This document shows, in pieces, positions 18,854 to 26,256 of a stretch of DNA of 64,000 nt. This DNA is from a virus. Every line of letters starts with the position of its first letter. Within the stretch, counting starts at the first letter, position 1. The notes beneath the pieces are model-generated. The model was not told the DNA's origin. It searched no databases and was given only the letters and a program-made list of their open reading frames with translations. The translations under genes were made by a program, and so were the position numbers. The stretch spans positions 1 through 64,000 of IMG/VR virus record IMGVR_UViG_3300029319_000012. The stretch is one strand, 5' to 3'.

Positions 18854-21628
18854 ATGGGCGGCGCTGCAGGACATATGGCACATCCATTTGATTGCCGCGA
18901 GGTAAGAAATGGTCAGGATTTAATTAATTTTTATGTAAAAACGGTTAATGCTATACCTCTTTACGAAGAAGAACCAAAAGAAAGCTCTGTTTCTGTTAAA
19001 TTAGACGGTGTTAATGCATCTTTTCGTCTTCAGAAGGCAAATAATCCTGCCGGTTTTATGTTTGTGATAGACAGAGGTGGAAAAACACCTGGAGCACGTA
19101 CAAAATATGATTTTGAAGGTGTAACTCCAGATAATGTGGTAAAAAGATTTGGAGGCAATAAAGATCATGGCATGGTTCAGGTTGTTAACCACATGTCAAA
19201 GATTCTAAATCATAATTTGATGGAATTAAAACCATATGTTGAGGCTTTGGGTATTTTTGAGCGCATGGGTCCTGATGGAGTCTTTTTTGATGCTGAATAT
19301 TATGCAAATGCAGACGATCCAAAAGGTCCAGACGCAGAAAGAGGCTATAAGCCAGTAAAAAACAGTGTTAATTATAATCAAAATTATATTGCCATTCATA
19401 GGCTTTCAGAATTTTATACTGAGACAAAAGAGACAAAAACAGGAAAAACAAGATCAAGGCGCCTTACAAGAGGTTTTTATTGGGAAACAGTTGCAGAAAT
19501 TAATGATCTCCTTAGGCAAAAAGATCAATTATTAGCCCAACGCCAAGACACTGTAGAGATTGACCAACTTATTGCTGCAAAAAACAACGAGCTAAAGGCA
19601 AAGAAGCAAGAACATCAAGAAGTGCTTAATAACCTTGCAAAAGCTATACAAACATATGCGACTGAATTAGACATGCCTTTTAATATATACACGAAGATTG
19701 GTGTTCGCTTTAAAGAGGGTTTGACCAGAGAAATAGTGTTAAAAAGGATTGAGGAGGCTCTCAATATAAGAGTTCCTTACAGCTATAAAAAAGTTAATGA
19801 GCAAATGAGTATTGGACCTGTTAAGATTAATGAACAAACAGGCGAGCTTGAAGGCAGAACTTTAAAAGAACTTCTTTTATCGGTTAAAACAAACCCTGCA
19901 CATGTTGCTTATTATCCAGATACTCCAGGATTTACCAAAGATGGTGAGTCAGTAAAAGGCAAAATACGTACCAAAGATGACTATATAGAAGACCCAAAAC
20001 AAAGCGCGTTTGCTCTTAAGATGTATCAAGATATTATGGTCACGGGGCATGAAACTGGTATTGGTCCATTTGATATAGGGAATAGCCCTCGTGATGCAGA
20101 GGCGATCAACAGTGCAGTCATTCTTTGGCATGCCGTGCGTCATATTGGTAAAGCCTTAAAGAAATCTATTACAACCGATGTAGATTTAGGCGTTGAAGGT
20201 GGAGATGAAAAACATGAAGGAATTGTTATACAATCGACAGAAATATGTGATGGCATTGCATTTAAATTTACTGGAGAATTTATTGTAGATAACAGATCAA
20301 GTGGTTTTGGTGTTGCCCCAAAAGGCAAAGATATACCTTCCGATTCGGCTGAGGCTTTATTTGAAACTAAGTTTAAATATGGTGAACTACTAGAAAGTTT
20401 TACAGTTGATACTCAAATTGTTGCAGAGCAAAAAGAAAGATATGCTATCATGATACCTGGCGGATTTAAGCCACCGACTGGTGGTCATTATAAAATGATT
20501 AAGCATTATGAAAAACAATCAGATGTTGAAAAAGTTTTTGTTGTAACTGGGTACAAATCACGTGGTGGAGTTACTTTGCAGCAAAGCAAACAAATATTTG
20601 AAATATATGGTGGGTTTTCTGATAAGGTTGTTTTTCTTACCAGCCGCGATGCATCAATAACATCATTTGGTGAGTGCTACGAACTAATAAAAGACCCGCA
20701 GTTTGTTGATCAATACTCACATTTAACTTTTTCAATTGGTGCATCCGACAAAGATGACGATGAAAAAAGAATCAGAGGTTTTCAAAGATACTTTGAAAAC
20801 AACAAAGGTCTAACCACAGCTAATATTGACTCATACCCTGCAGCGCCAGCATACGAAGTCAATGGTAAGCCAGCTTCAGCTTCACGCATGAGAAAAGCTT
20901 ATGATGATGGCAACTGGGAAGAGTTCAAGCGGATGCTTCCAGATGATAATTTTTATGATGATGTTGTGCAAGTGCTTAATAAACAAACAAATACAATTGA
21001 GCTTGAGGAGGGCGCTGAAAGCAAAGATTTTTTTACGATGAGCTACCTATTTTCTTTGGTTGACGAAGTTTTGCTTGAGAGAAAAAGCATGAACGACAAA
21101 GTAAGCGATAAAATAAGCTACCTGATGAAAAAAGAGAAAAAACCACAAGATCAGGCGGTTGCAATTGCACTTAGTATGAGAGATCGTGGAGAATTAGCTG
21201 AAAAAGAAGAAAAACAATGCGCGCTTAATGAAGAGGGTAAAGATTGTCCTGTGCACGGTAAAAAAGCATGCCCAACTCAAGAACATATCGCTGTGCAAGA
21301 ATTAGCTGTAAATGAGCAAGAGGAAGAGGTTGATACGGAGACCAGAGTACGACAATTAGCTGCTCCATTAATCGCTAGTCTTGGCTTGCCAGAAGACCAA
21401 TCAGAAAGAGCCTATGACGAACTAGTTAATTCTATAGTAGATCAAGTTACTGCACTTGAGACACAGAAACAAAAAGACCAAGAGGAAGTAGAAGCTAGGT
21501 TGGCAGCTGGGGATACAGCCGGATTAGCACAAGAGGTCTCTGGCGTTGGGTCTATAGCAGGATATTCAGTACCAAAAAAACATAGAAGGGGAAAAAAGCA
21601 TGAGCAAGGAATTATTAGAGGAGCGTAA
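18854..21628 (+). CDS. ATP-dependent ligase-fold domain fused to HxGH (cytidylyltransferase/NMNAT-like) nucleotidyltransferase plus small modules
   Basis: SVKLDGVN (KxDG), FFDAEYY, EGIVI, FKFTG; then PGGFKPPTGGH and SASRMRK. Confidence 0.7.
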   Translation: MGGAAGHMAHPFDCREVRNGQDLINFYVKTVNAIPLYEEEPKESSVSVKLDGVNASFRLQKANNPAGFMFVIDRGGKTPGARTKYDFEGVTPDNVVKRFGGNKDHGMVQVVNHMSKILNHNLMELKPYVEALGIFERMGPDGVFFDAEYYANADDPKGPDAERGYKPVKNSVNYNQNYIAIHRLSEFYTETKETKTGKTRSRRLTRGFYWETVAEINDLLRQKDQLLAQRQDTVEIDQLIAAKNNELKAKKQEHQEVLNNLAKAIQTYATELDMPFNIYTKIGVRFKEGLTREIVLKRIEEALNIRVPYSYKKVNEQMSIGPVKINEQTGELEGRTLKELLLSVKTNPAHVAYYPDTPGFTKDGESVKGKIRTKDDYIEDPKQSAFALKMYQDIMVTGHETGIGPFDIGNSPRDAEAINSAVILWHAVRHIGKALKKSITTDVDLGVEGGDEKHEGIVIQSTEICDGIAFKFTGEFIVDNRSSGFGVAPKGKDIPSDSAEALFETKFKYGELLESFTVDTQIVAEQKERYAIMIPGGFKPPTGGHYKMIKHYEKQSDVEKVFVVTGYKSRGGVTLQQSKQIFEIYGGFSDKVVFLTSRDASITSFGECYELIKDPQFVDQYSHLTFSIGASDKDDDEKRIRGFQRYFENNKGLTTANIDSYPAAPAYEVNGKPASASRMRKAYDDGNWEEFKRMLPDDNFYDDVVQVLNKQTNTIELEEGAESKDFFTMSYLFSLVDEVLLERKSMNDKVSDKISYLMKKEKKPQDQAVAIALSMRDRGELAEKEEKQCALNEEGKDCPVHGKKACPTQEHIAVQELAVNEQEEEVDTETRVRQLAAPLIASLGLPEDQSERAYDELVNSIVDQVTALETQKQKDQEEVEARLAAGDTAGLAQEVSGVGSIAGYSVPKKHRRGKKHEQGIIRGA

Positions 21629-22457
21629 GCTCAGATCTTTAATTAGAAAAGCAATAAAACTAAGAAAATCGCAACTGACTGAAAACAACTTACTTAAATC
21701 TGATGAAGAAAAGCTAAGGCAAGTTATTAGACGAATGCTAGCTGAGGGTAGTGATATTGATGCAGATACAGAGCCAGCCCCTTACGAATCAACTGCCTTA
21801 TCGGCTCTTGCTGATGCATTTAACCAAATATTACCCGTTTTAAAAACTGGTTTGCGAAAATTAAGAAAACCAGAAGAAAGACGTTCATATAGAGCACACA
21901 TCTTGCAAAAGTTTAAATCAATGTTTGATAATTTTGAAGGATTGGATGCTCAACAAGCGATGGGTGAAGGTGACTTGACAGAACAAGAAAAAGACGTCAA
22001 AATTAAAATTGACAATCGTCCCGATGACGCAATGATTGTTCCAGATATTGAGAAAGAACGCTTTAAGCCTGAAGAAGAGCCAGAGCTTGAGCCTGATGAT
22101 GCTGATGTTGATCAACTAGCTATCTCTACTGAAGACCCTACCGGAGCTAGGTTTGCTTTTAGCACAATCAACAATTCAAACATTGAAAAACTGCTTGGTG
22201 ACAAGAGAAAGCTTCTGCCCTCTGATGAGTACAGAGAAGAGTATAAAAACTATGCTTTATATAACGTTGATCTTTGGCTTTTAACTTACGAAAAGGAATT
22301 AGCAGACGAGCTTGGTACAGAGCCGGCATTTACTGATGTTGTAACTCCTAAGCCAGAGGGCGCACAGGTTTCAGCCAGAGCAGCTGCTCAGGATACTCCT
22401 GATTTGCCTGATATTGACGATATAGAAATTCCAGAGCCAGAACAACAGGCTGTCTAA
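21600..22457 (+). CDS. Acidic hypothetical protein with leader-like N-terminus
   Basis: EERKLRSLIRKAI / EEKLRQVIRRMLAE duplicated motif; acidic C-terminus. Confidence 0.65.
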   Translation: MSKELLEERKLRSLIRKAIKLRKSQLTENNLLKSDEEKLRQVIRRMLAEGSDIDADTEPAPYESTALSALADAFNQILPVLKTGLRKLRKPEERRSYRAHILQKFKSMFDNFEGLDAQQAMGEGDLTEQEKDVKIKIDNRPDDAMIVPDIEKERFKPEEEPELEPDDADVDQLAISTEDPTGARFAFSTINNSNIEKLLGDKRKLLPSDEYREEYKNYALYNVDLWLLTYEKELADELGTEPAFTDVVTPKPEGAQVSARAAAQDTPDLPDIDDIEIPEPEQQAV

Positions 22458-22819
22458 TGTGGGAAAGTAAAAGAAGTAGGTTTAAAAGACCAGACCGTGA
22501 TTTCTATAGTATTTCTAATAAATTAAAATCTCAAAATAAGATTAATGAAAATTTTGAGATTATGCTGTCTTCTTTAACCTTGGAAGAGATTATCGCACTC
22601 AGGCTTGAGTTAGCTGCTAAGGTAGTTAATTTTAAGCTATATGGGCTAAATCTTTGGCAAAACTTACCAGAATTAGTTAAAGATGCAGTGCTTAAGTATG
22701 TCTACTCAGCTGCGAGAACAAAAGGCGAGATGGCTGCTTTTTTAGGATTAGATCGATCAACATTAAAAAAGCTCTTAAAAAAACATAATACGTCTAGTTA
22801 TTTTGACAAAAGCCAGTAA
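22457..22819 (+). CDS. Fis-type helix-turn-helix protein
   Basis: C-terminal RTKGEMAAFLGLDRSTLKKLLKKHN. Confidence 0.65.
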   Translation: MWESKRSRFKRPDRDFYSISNKLKSQNKINENFEIMLSSLTLEEIIALRLELAAKVVNFKLYGLNLWQNLPELVKDAVLKYVYSAARTKGEMAAFLGLDRSTLKKLLKKHNTSSYFDKSQ

Positions 22820-22861
22820 ATATTATTGAGTTAGTTAGTTGGCTTTTTAACTATTTAAAGT

Positions 22862-23467
22862 ATGACCATGCAAATAACAAAAGAAATTCTGCAAGAGCTT
22901 ATTAAGGAGGAGGTTGATAACTCCTTAGAAGAAAAACGCAAGCGAAGTAGAAAAAGAACTAAGAAGCGTAAAAAGTCAAAAGTTAAAAAACGTAAGTCTT
23001 CAAAAGTTAAAAAACGTAAGTCTTCAAAAGTTAAAAAACGTAAGTCTTCTGGCAAAAAAGATGCATGTTATTACAAAGTTAAATCCAGGTATAGCGTTTG
23101 GCCATCTGCATATGCTTCTGGTGCCCTTGTTAGATGTCGAAAAGTAGGCGCTAAGAACTGGGGTAATAAATCAAAGAAAAACGAAAATTTGCAAGAAGAG
23201 CTAGTGTCGTCTGAAATTCAAGCACTACATAGCAAAATGAAAGATCGCTATGAAGAGCTTAAAGCAAAAAAAGAAAAAAGTCGAGAAGAAGAGCGCAATG
23301 AGCTTAGAATGAAAAAAGCCTTAGATGATCCTGGCTTAAAGCAAGCATTGGCTGACGATAGAAAAAGACAAAGCTTGCTGGACTTGTTTAATTTCAATCT
23401 TGACGAAATCATCTCAGAAGTGATTGATGAAGTGTTGGCTGAAAAAAAAAATCTAAAGAACGGCTAA
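22862..23467 (+). CDS. Very basic (protamine/histone-like) leader-bearing protein with Cys module
   Basis: MQITKEILQELIKEE leader; K/R/S repeats; DACYYKVKSRYSVWPSAYASGALVRCRK module. Confidence 0.75.
   Translation: MTMQITKEILQELIKEEVDNSLEEKRKRSRKRTKKRKKSKVKKRKSSKVKKRKSSKVKKRKSSGKKDACYYKVKSRYSVWPSAYASGALVRCRKVGAKNWGNKSKKNENLQEELVSSEIQALHSKMKDRYEELKAKKEKSREEERNELRMKKALDDPGLKQALADDRKRQSLLDLFNFNLDEIISEVIDEVLAEKKNLKNG
22976..23047 (+). repeat. 24-bp tandem repeat x3 (SKVKKRKS)
   Basis: tcaaaagttaaaaaacgtaagtct x3 perfect copies. Confidence 0.95.
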
Positions 23468-23802
23468 AGAATCTTTCTGAGGATCCAAAAGTGGGCACAG
23501 GCAAGAAGCCAAAAGGCTCTGGTCGTCGTTTATATACAGATGAAGATCCTAGTGATACTGTAAGTGTAAAATTTACATCAGCGAGTGCTGTGCAAGATAC
23601 TCTTGCAAAAAAGTCTTTTAAATCAAAGTCTCACAAAAGACAATCACAAATTATAAATCTAATTAAACAAAGAGCTTGTGTTGCAGCAGGACGAGCTAAA
23701 GATCCAGAAAAAAAGAAAAAATTAAGATCGGCATGTGAATATGCAAAAAAACGAGCTGAAGCTTCAAAACGCAAAACTAAAAGAATGAGAAAAAAGAAAT
23801 GA
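23452..23802 (+). CDS. Basic protein module, probably the -1-frame continuation of 22862
   Basis: Frame open from the A10 run: SKERLKNLSEDPKVGTGKKPKGSGRRLYTDEDP...; the annotated GTG start at 23491 is weak. Confidence 0.6.
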   Translation, partial: SKERLKNLSEDPKVGTGKKPKGSGRRLYTDEDPSDTVSVKFTSASAVQDTLAKKSFKSKSHKRQSQIINLIKQRACVAAGRAKDPEKKKKLRSACEYAKKRAEASKRKTKRMRKKK

Positions 23803-24326
23803 TTACGCTTGATGAATTTATAGAAATTGTTCGCGAAGAGTTGGATGGTGTGTTATCCGAAAAATGTGAAAAAGGCTATAAAACTCATCCAAAGCGCAAA
23901 ACTAAAATTATGTTTGGTCAACGATATAGAAATTGTGTTAAAGCCGAACACCGGCAAATTGATTTAACAGAAGAAGAACTAGAAGAAATAAGACAGCTGC
24001 TTGAATCTGATAAAGATCTTGAAGAGAGCCTTAAAGATTGGTTTGAAAAGTCTAGAGGGACAACTAAATCAGGAAAAAAAGTAGGAGGCTGGGTTCAAGT
24101 TGGTGGTAAGTATGATGGTGCACCCTGTGCAAAGCAACCAGGGCAGAAAACAAAACCAAAATGTGTTTCTTCTGCAAAAAGAAGAAGCATGTCAAAGAAA
24201 GAGAGAGAATCAGCTGCTAGAAGAAAAAGAAAAAAGGATTCGAATCCCGATAGAAAAGGCAAGCCGATAAACGTCTCCACTGATCCACAAAGAAAACGAA
24301 AGAAAAAGAAAAAAAAGAAGGGATAG
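23799..24326 (+). CDS. Basic leader-bearing protein with two Cys-pair mini-modules
   Basis: MITLDEFIEIVREELD; CEKGYK...RNCVK; SLKDWF...GWVQ...PCAKQ...PKCV; poly-Lys tail. Confidence 0.75.
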   Translation: MITLDEFIEIVREELDGVLSEKCEKGYKTHPKRKTKIMFGQRYRNCVKAEHRQIDLTEEELEEIRQLLESDKDLEESLKDWFEKSRGTTKSGKKVGGWVQVGGKYDGAPCAKQPGQKTKPKCVSSAKRRSMSKKERESAARRKRKKDSNPDRKGKPINVSTDPQRKRKKKKKKKG

Positions 24327-24330
24327 CAAA

Positions 24331-24519
24331 ATGTGCCTGATATGTGTTGAGCTAGCAAAAAATACACTAACTTCAATTGAAGCTAAAAGAAATTTTGCTG
24401 AAATGAGATCTCAAATTGACGAGCAGCACCAATCAGAAGTATTACAACGCATACAAATGAAAGAGGACGAAGAAAACATTATTGATGTTTATTTAAGGTA
24501 CGAAGCAGATACAGATTAA
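24331..24519 (+). CDS. Small CxxC protein
   Basis: MCLICVEL, 62 aa, tight operonic spacing. Confidence 0.6.
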   Translation: MCLICVELAKNTLTSIEAKRNFAEMRSQIDEQHQSEVLQRIQMKEDEENIIDVYLRYEADTD

Positions 24520-24740
24520 TGAAGATTACAAAGTCACAATTAAAACAAATAATAAAAGAGGAAATTAGCCTAGTTGATACTGTTGATGATTATCACATGA
24601 TGTTATTGAAAACAGCAGAAAGATATGCAAAATTAGCAGAGGCTTATCCAGATAAAGATTTTATGCTAACTCAAATACGTAATCTGCATGCTATGTTTGC
24701 AAATATGGAAAAAAGATTTTTAACAAACAAAGGGCTTTAA
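24519..24740 (+). CDS. Small leader-bearing protein
   Basis: MKITKSQLKQIIKEEI leader. Confidence 0.7.
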   Translation: MKITKSQLKQIIKEEISLVDTVDDYHMMLLKTAERYAKLAEAYPDKDFMLTQIRNLHAMFANMEKRFLTNKGL

Positions 24741-24741
24741 A

Positions 24742-25200
24742 ATGAAAATTACAGAACGAGAACTAAAACAAGTAATAAAAGAAGAAATTGATATTCTCTT
24801 AAAAGAAGAAGACTTGCTTGAGCACCTTCAACATGGAGCTGTTTTAGAAGATGGCACTCCTGTTTGTGAAGCCTGCTTGTTTGAAACTATCTCTCCAGCT
24901 CTTTGTGAATGTCCTGATCTTATACCAGAGGCAAAGTATCGCGGTCGTAAAGTAAAGCTAAACAAAATTATGCGTGGCGATGTCAAGAAATTTAAAGTCT
25001 TTGTTAAAGATCCTAAAACTGGTAAAATTAAAAAAGTTAATTTTGGTCATGGTGGTAAAAGTGCAAAACGCAAAGGTGAAAAAACTATGAGAATTCGTAA
25101 GTCAAACCCTAAAGCACGAAAAAACTTTAGAGCTAGACATAATTGCAAGAATCCAGGTCCAAAAACCAAAGCAAGATACTGGGCATGTAGAACTTGGTAA
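24742..25200 (+). CDS. Leader-bearing basic protein, DUF6321-like C-terminal domain
   Basis: MKITERELKQVIKEEI; CEAC; KKVNFG...RKNFRARHNC...KARYWAC. Confidence 0.7.
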   Translation: MKITERELKQVIKEEIDILLKEEDLLEHLQHGAVLEDGTPVCEACLFETISPALCECPDLIPEAKYRGRKVKLNKIMRGDVKKFKVFVKDPKTGKIKKVNFGHGGKSAKRKGEKTMRIRKSNPKARKNFRARHNCKNPGPKTKARYWACRTW

Positions 25201-25201
25201 A

Positions 25202-25615
25202 ATGAAAATTATAATTAAAATTATTAAAAAAATTAAAAATATGGTTTGTCCACCTGCTACGCAGGATGTTGCATTAAATACAAAAAATAGAAATGCTACC
25301 AGAAAGAATCATATGTATGGACCGTTGAATGTAGAAGAGCCCGGTGATTACTGGAAAAAGCTAGCTGAAAAATGGGACACGACTGAAAAAGCAGCAAAGA
25401 AATCGACATGTGGTGTTTGTGTTGCATTTGATATATCTCCTAGAATGAATGAATGTATGCCTGGTCCTGTTTCTGATGCATCTGGTAGACTAGGCTATTG
25501 TTGGATGCATCATTTTAAGTGCCACTCTGCAAGGTCATGTGACACTTGGGCTATGGGTGGACCAATTAAAGATAATAGCAAGTCTTATGATTGGCAACAA
25601 AAAAATAAATTTTAG
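25202..25615 (+). CDS. Cys-rich putative metal/Fe-S-binding protein
   Basis: CPPATQD...CGVC...GYCWMHHFKCHSARSCDTW. Confidence 0.7.
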   Translation: MKIIIKIIKKIKNMVCPPATQDVALNTKNRNATRKNHMYGPLNVEEPGDYWKKLAEKWDTTEKAAKKSTCGVCVAFDISPRMNECMPGPVSDASGRLGYCWMHHFKCHSARSCDTWAMGGPIKDNSKSYDWQQKNKF

Positions 25616-25718
25616 TATATTATTAACTCTTAATTAGAATTATGATAATTTATTATTTACATATATTAATAGGTTATTATATAAATTAATACTAAGAATA
25701 TTAAATAAGGAGTTAATT

Positions 25719-26039
25719 TTGGAAGAGACAGAAGAAATTAAACCTGCTATTAAACCAGGTAAACCATGGAAAAATGAAGGATATTATATTTCCTTTGAAG
25801 AAGCTGATGCAGTAAGACAAAAGCTTAATCGTATATGGGAAGGTAATGATCAGCATAAAGGTATGCAAGTTAAAGTTAAATGGTCTAGTGCTAAGCAAAA
25901 ATTTATGGTTAAAACTAGATTACATCCAGACTTTGAGCCAGTAAAAGAAATAAAGGAAACTAAAAACAATGGGAAAGGTAAACGACGAAATAAAAAAAAT
26001 ACAGATCGAACAAAATTTGACCCTACCGCAAGTGTTTGA
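25719..26039 (+). CDS. Hypothetical protein
   Basis: AAGGAG SD before TTG start; basic C-terminus. Confidence 0.65.
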   Translation: MEETEEIKPAIKPGKPWKNEGYYISFEEADAVRQKLNRIWEGNDQHKGMQVKVKWSSAKQKFMVKTRLHPDFEPVKEIKETKNNGKGKRRNKKNTDRTKFDPTASV

Positions 26040-26139
26040 AAAGTATCCTCACTTAGCAAATCTTCAATATGAAGAGATGCAAGAAGAAAAAAATTTAAAA
26101 GAAAATAGTTCGAACAAGAAACAACTTCTTTTAGATTGA
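25969..26139 (+). CDS. 56-aa hypothetical protein (not in ORF track)
   Basis: MGKVNDEIKKIQIEQNLTLPQVFEKYPHLA...KKQLLLD; AAGGA upstream; overlaps end of the previous gene. Confidence 0.5.
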   Translation: MGKVNDEIKKIQIEQNLTLPQVFEKYPHLANLQYEEMQEEKNLKENSSNKKQLLLD

Positions 26140-26216
26140 TGGCTCGTAGCTCAGATGGTTAGAGCGCGGCTCTTATAAGGTCGTAGTCGTGGGTTCAAAT
26201 CCCACCGAGCCAACCA
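26140..26216 (+). tRNA. tRNA-Ile (anticodon UAU)
   Basis: Acceptor TGGCTCG/CGAGCCA + A + CCA; D arm GCTC/GAGC; anticodon stem CGGCT/GGTCG with loop CT-TAT-AA; T arm GTGGG-TTCAAAT-CCCAC. Confidence 0.9.
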
Positions 26217-26256
26217 TTTGTATTAGTTAAGTCTACTTACCTTAGGAGGGTAAGTT

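Noticed and set aside
22976-23047. Possible CRISPR array
   Set aside because: Direct tandem repeats with no spacers, in frame within a CDS; the PD-(D/E)XK nuclease at 30065 has no cas neighbours
22855-23055. Minus-strand ORF with EDLRFLTF repeats
   Set aside because: It is the antisense mirror of the 24-bp repeat in the + strand gene; no independent support
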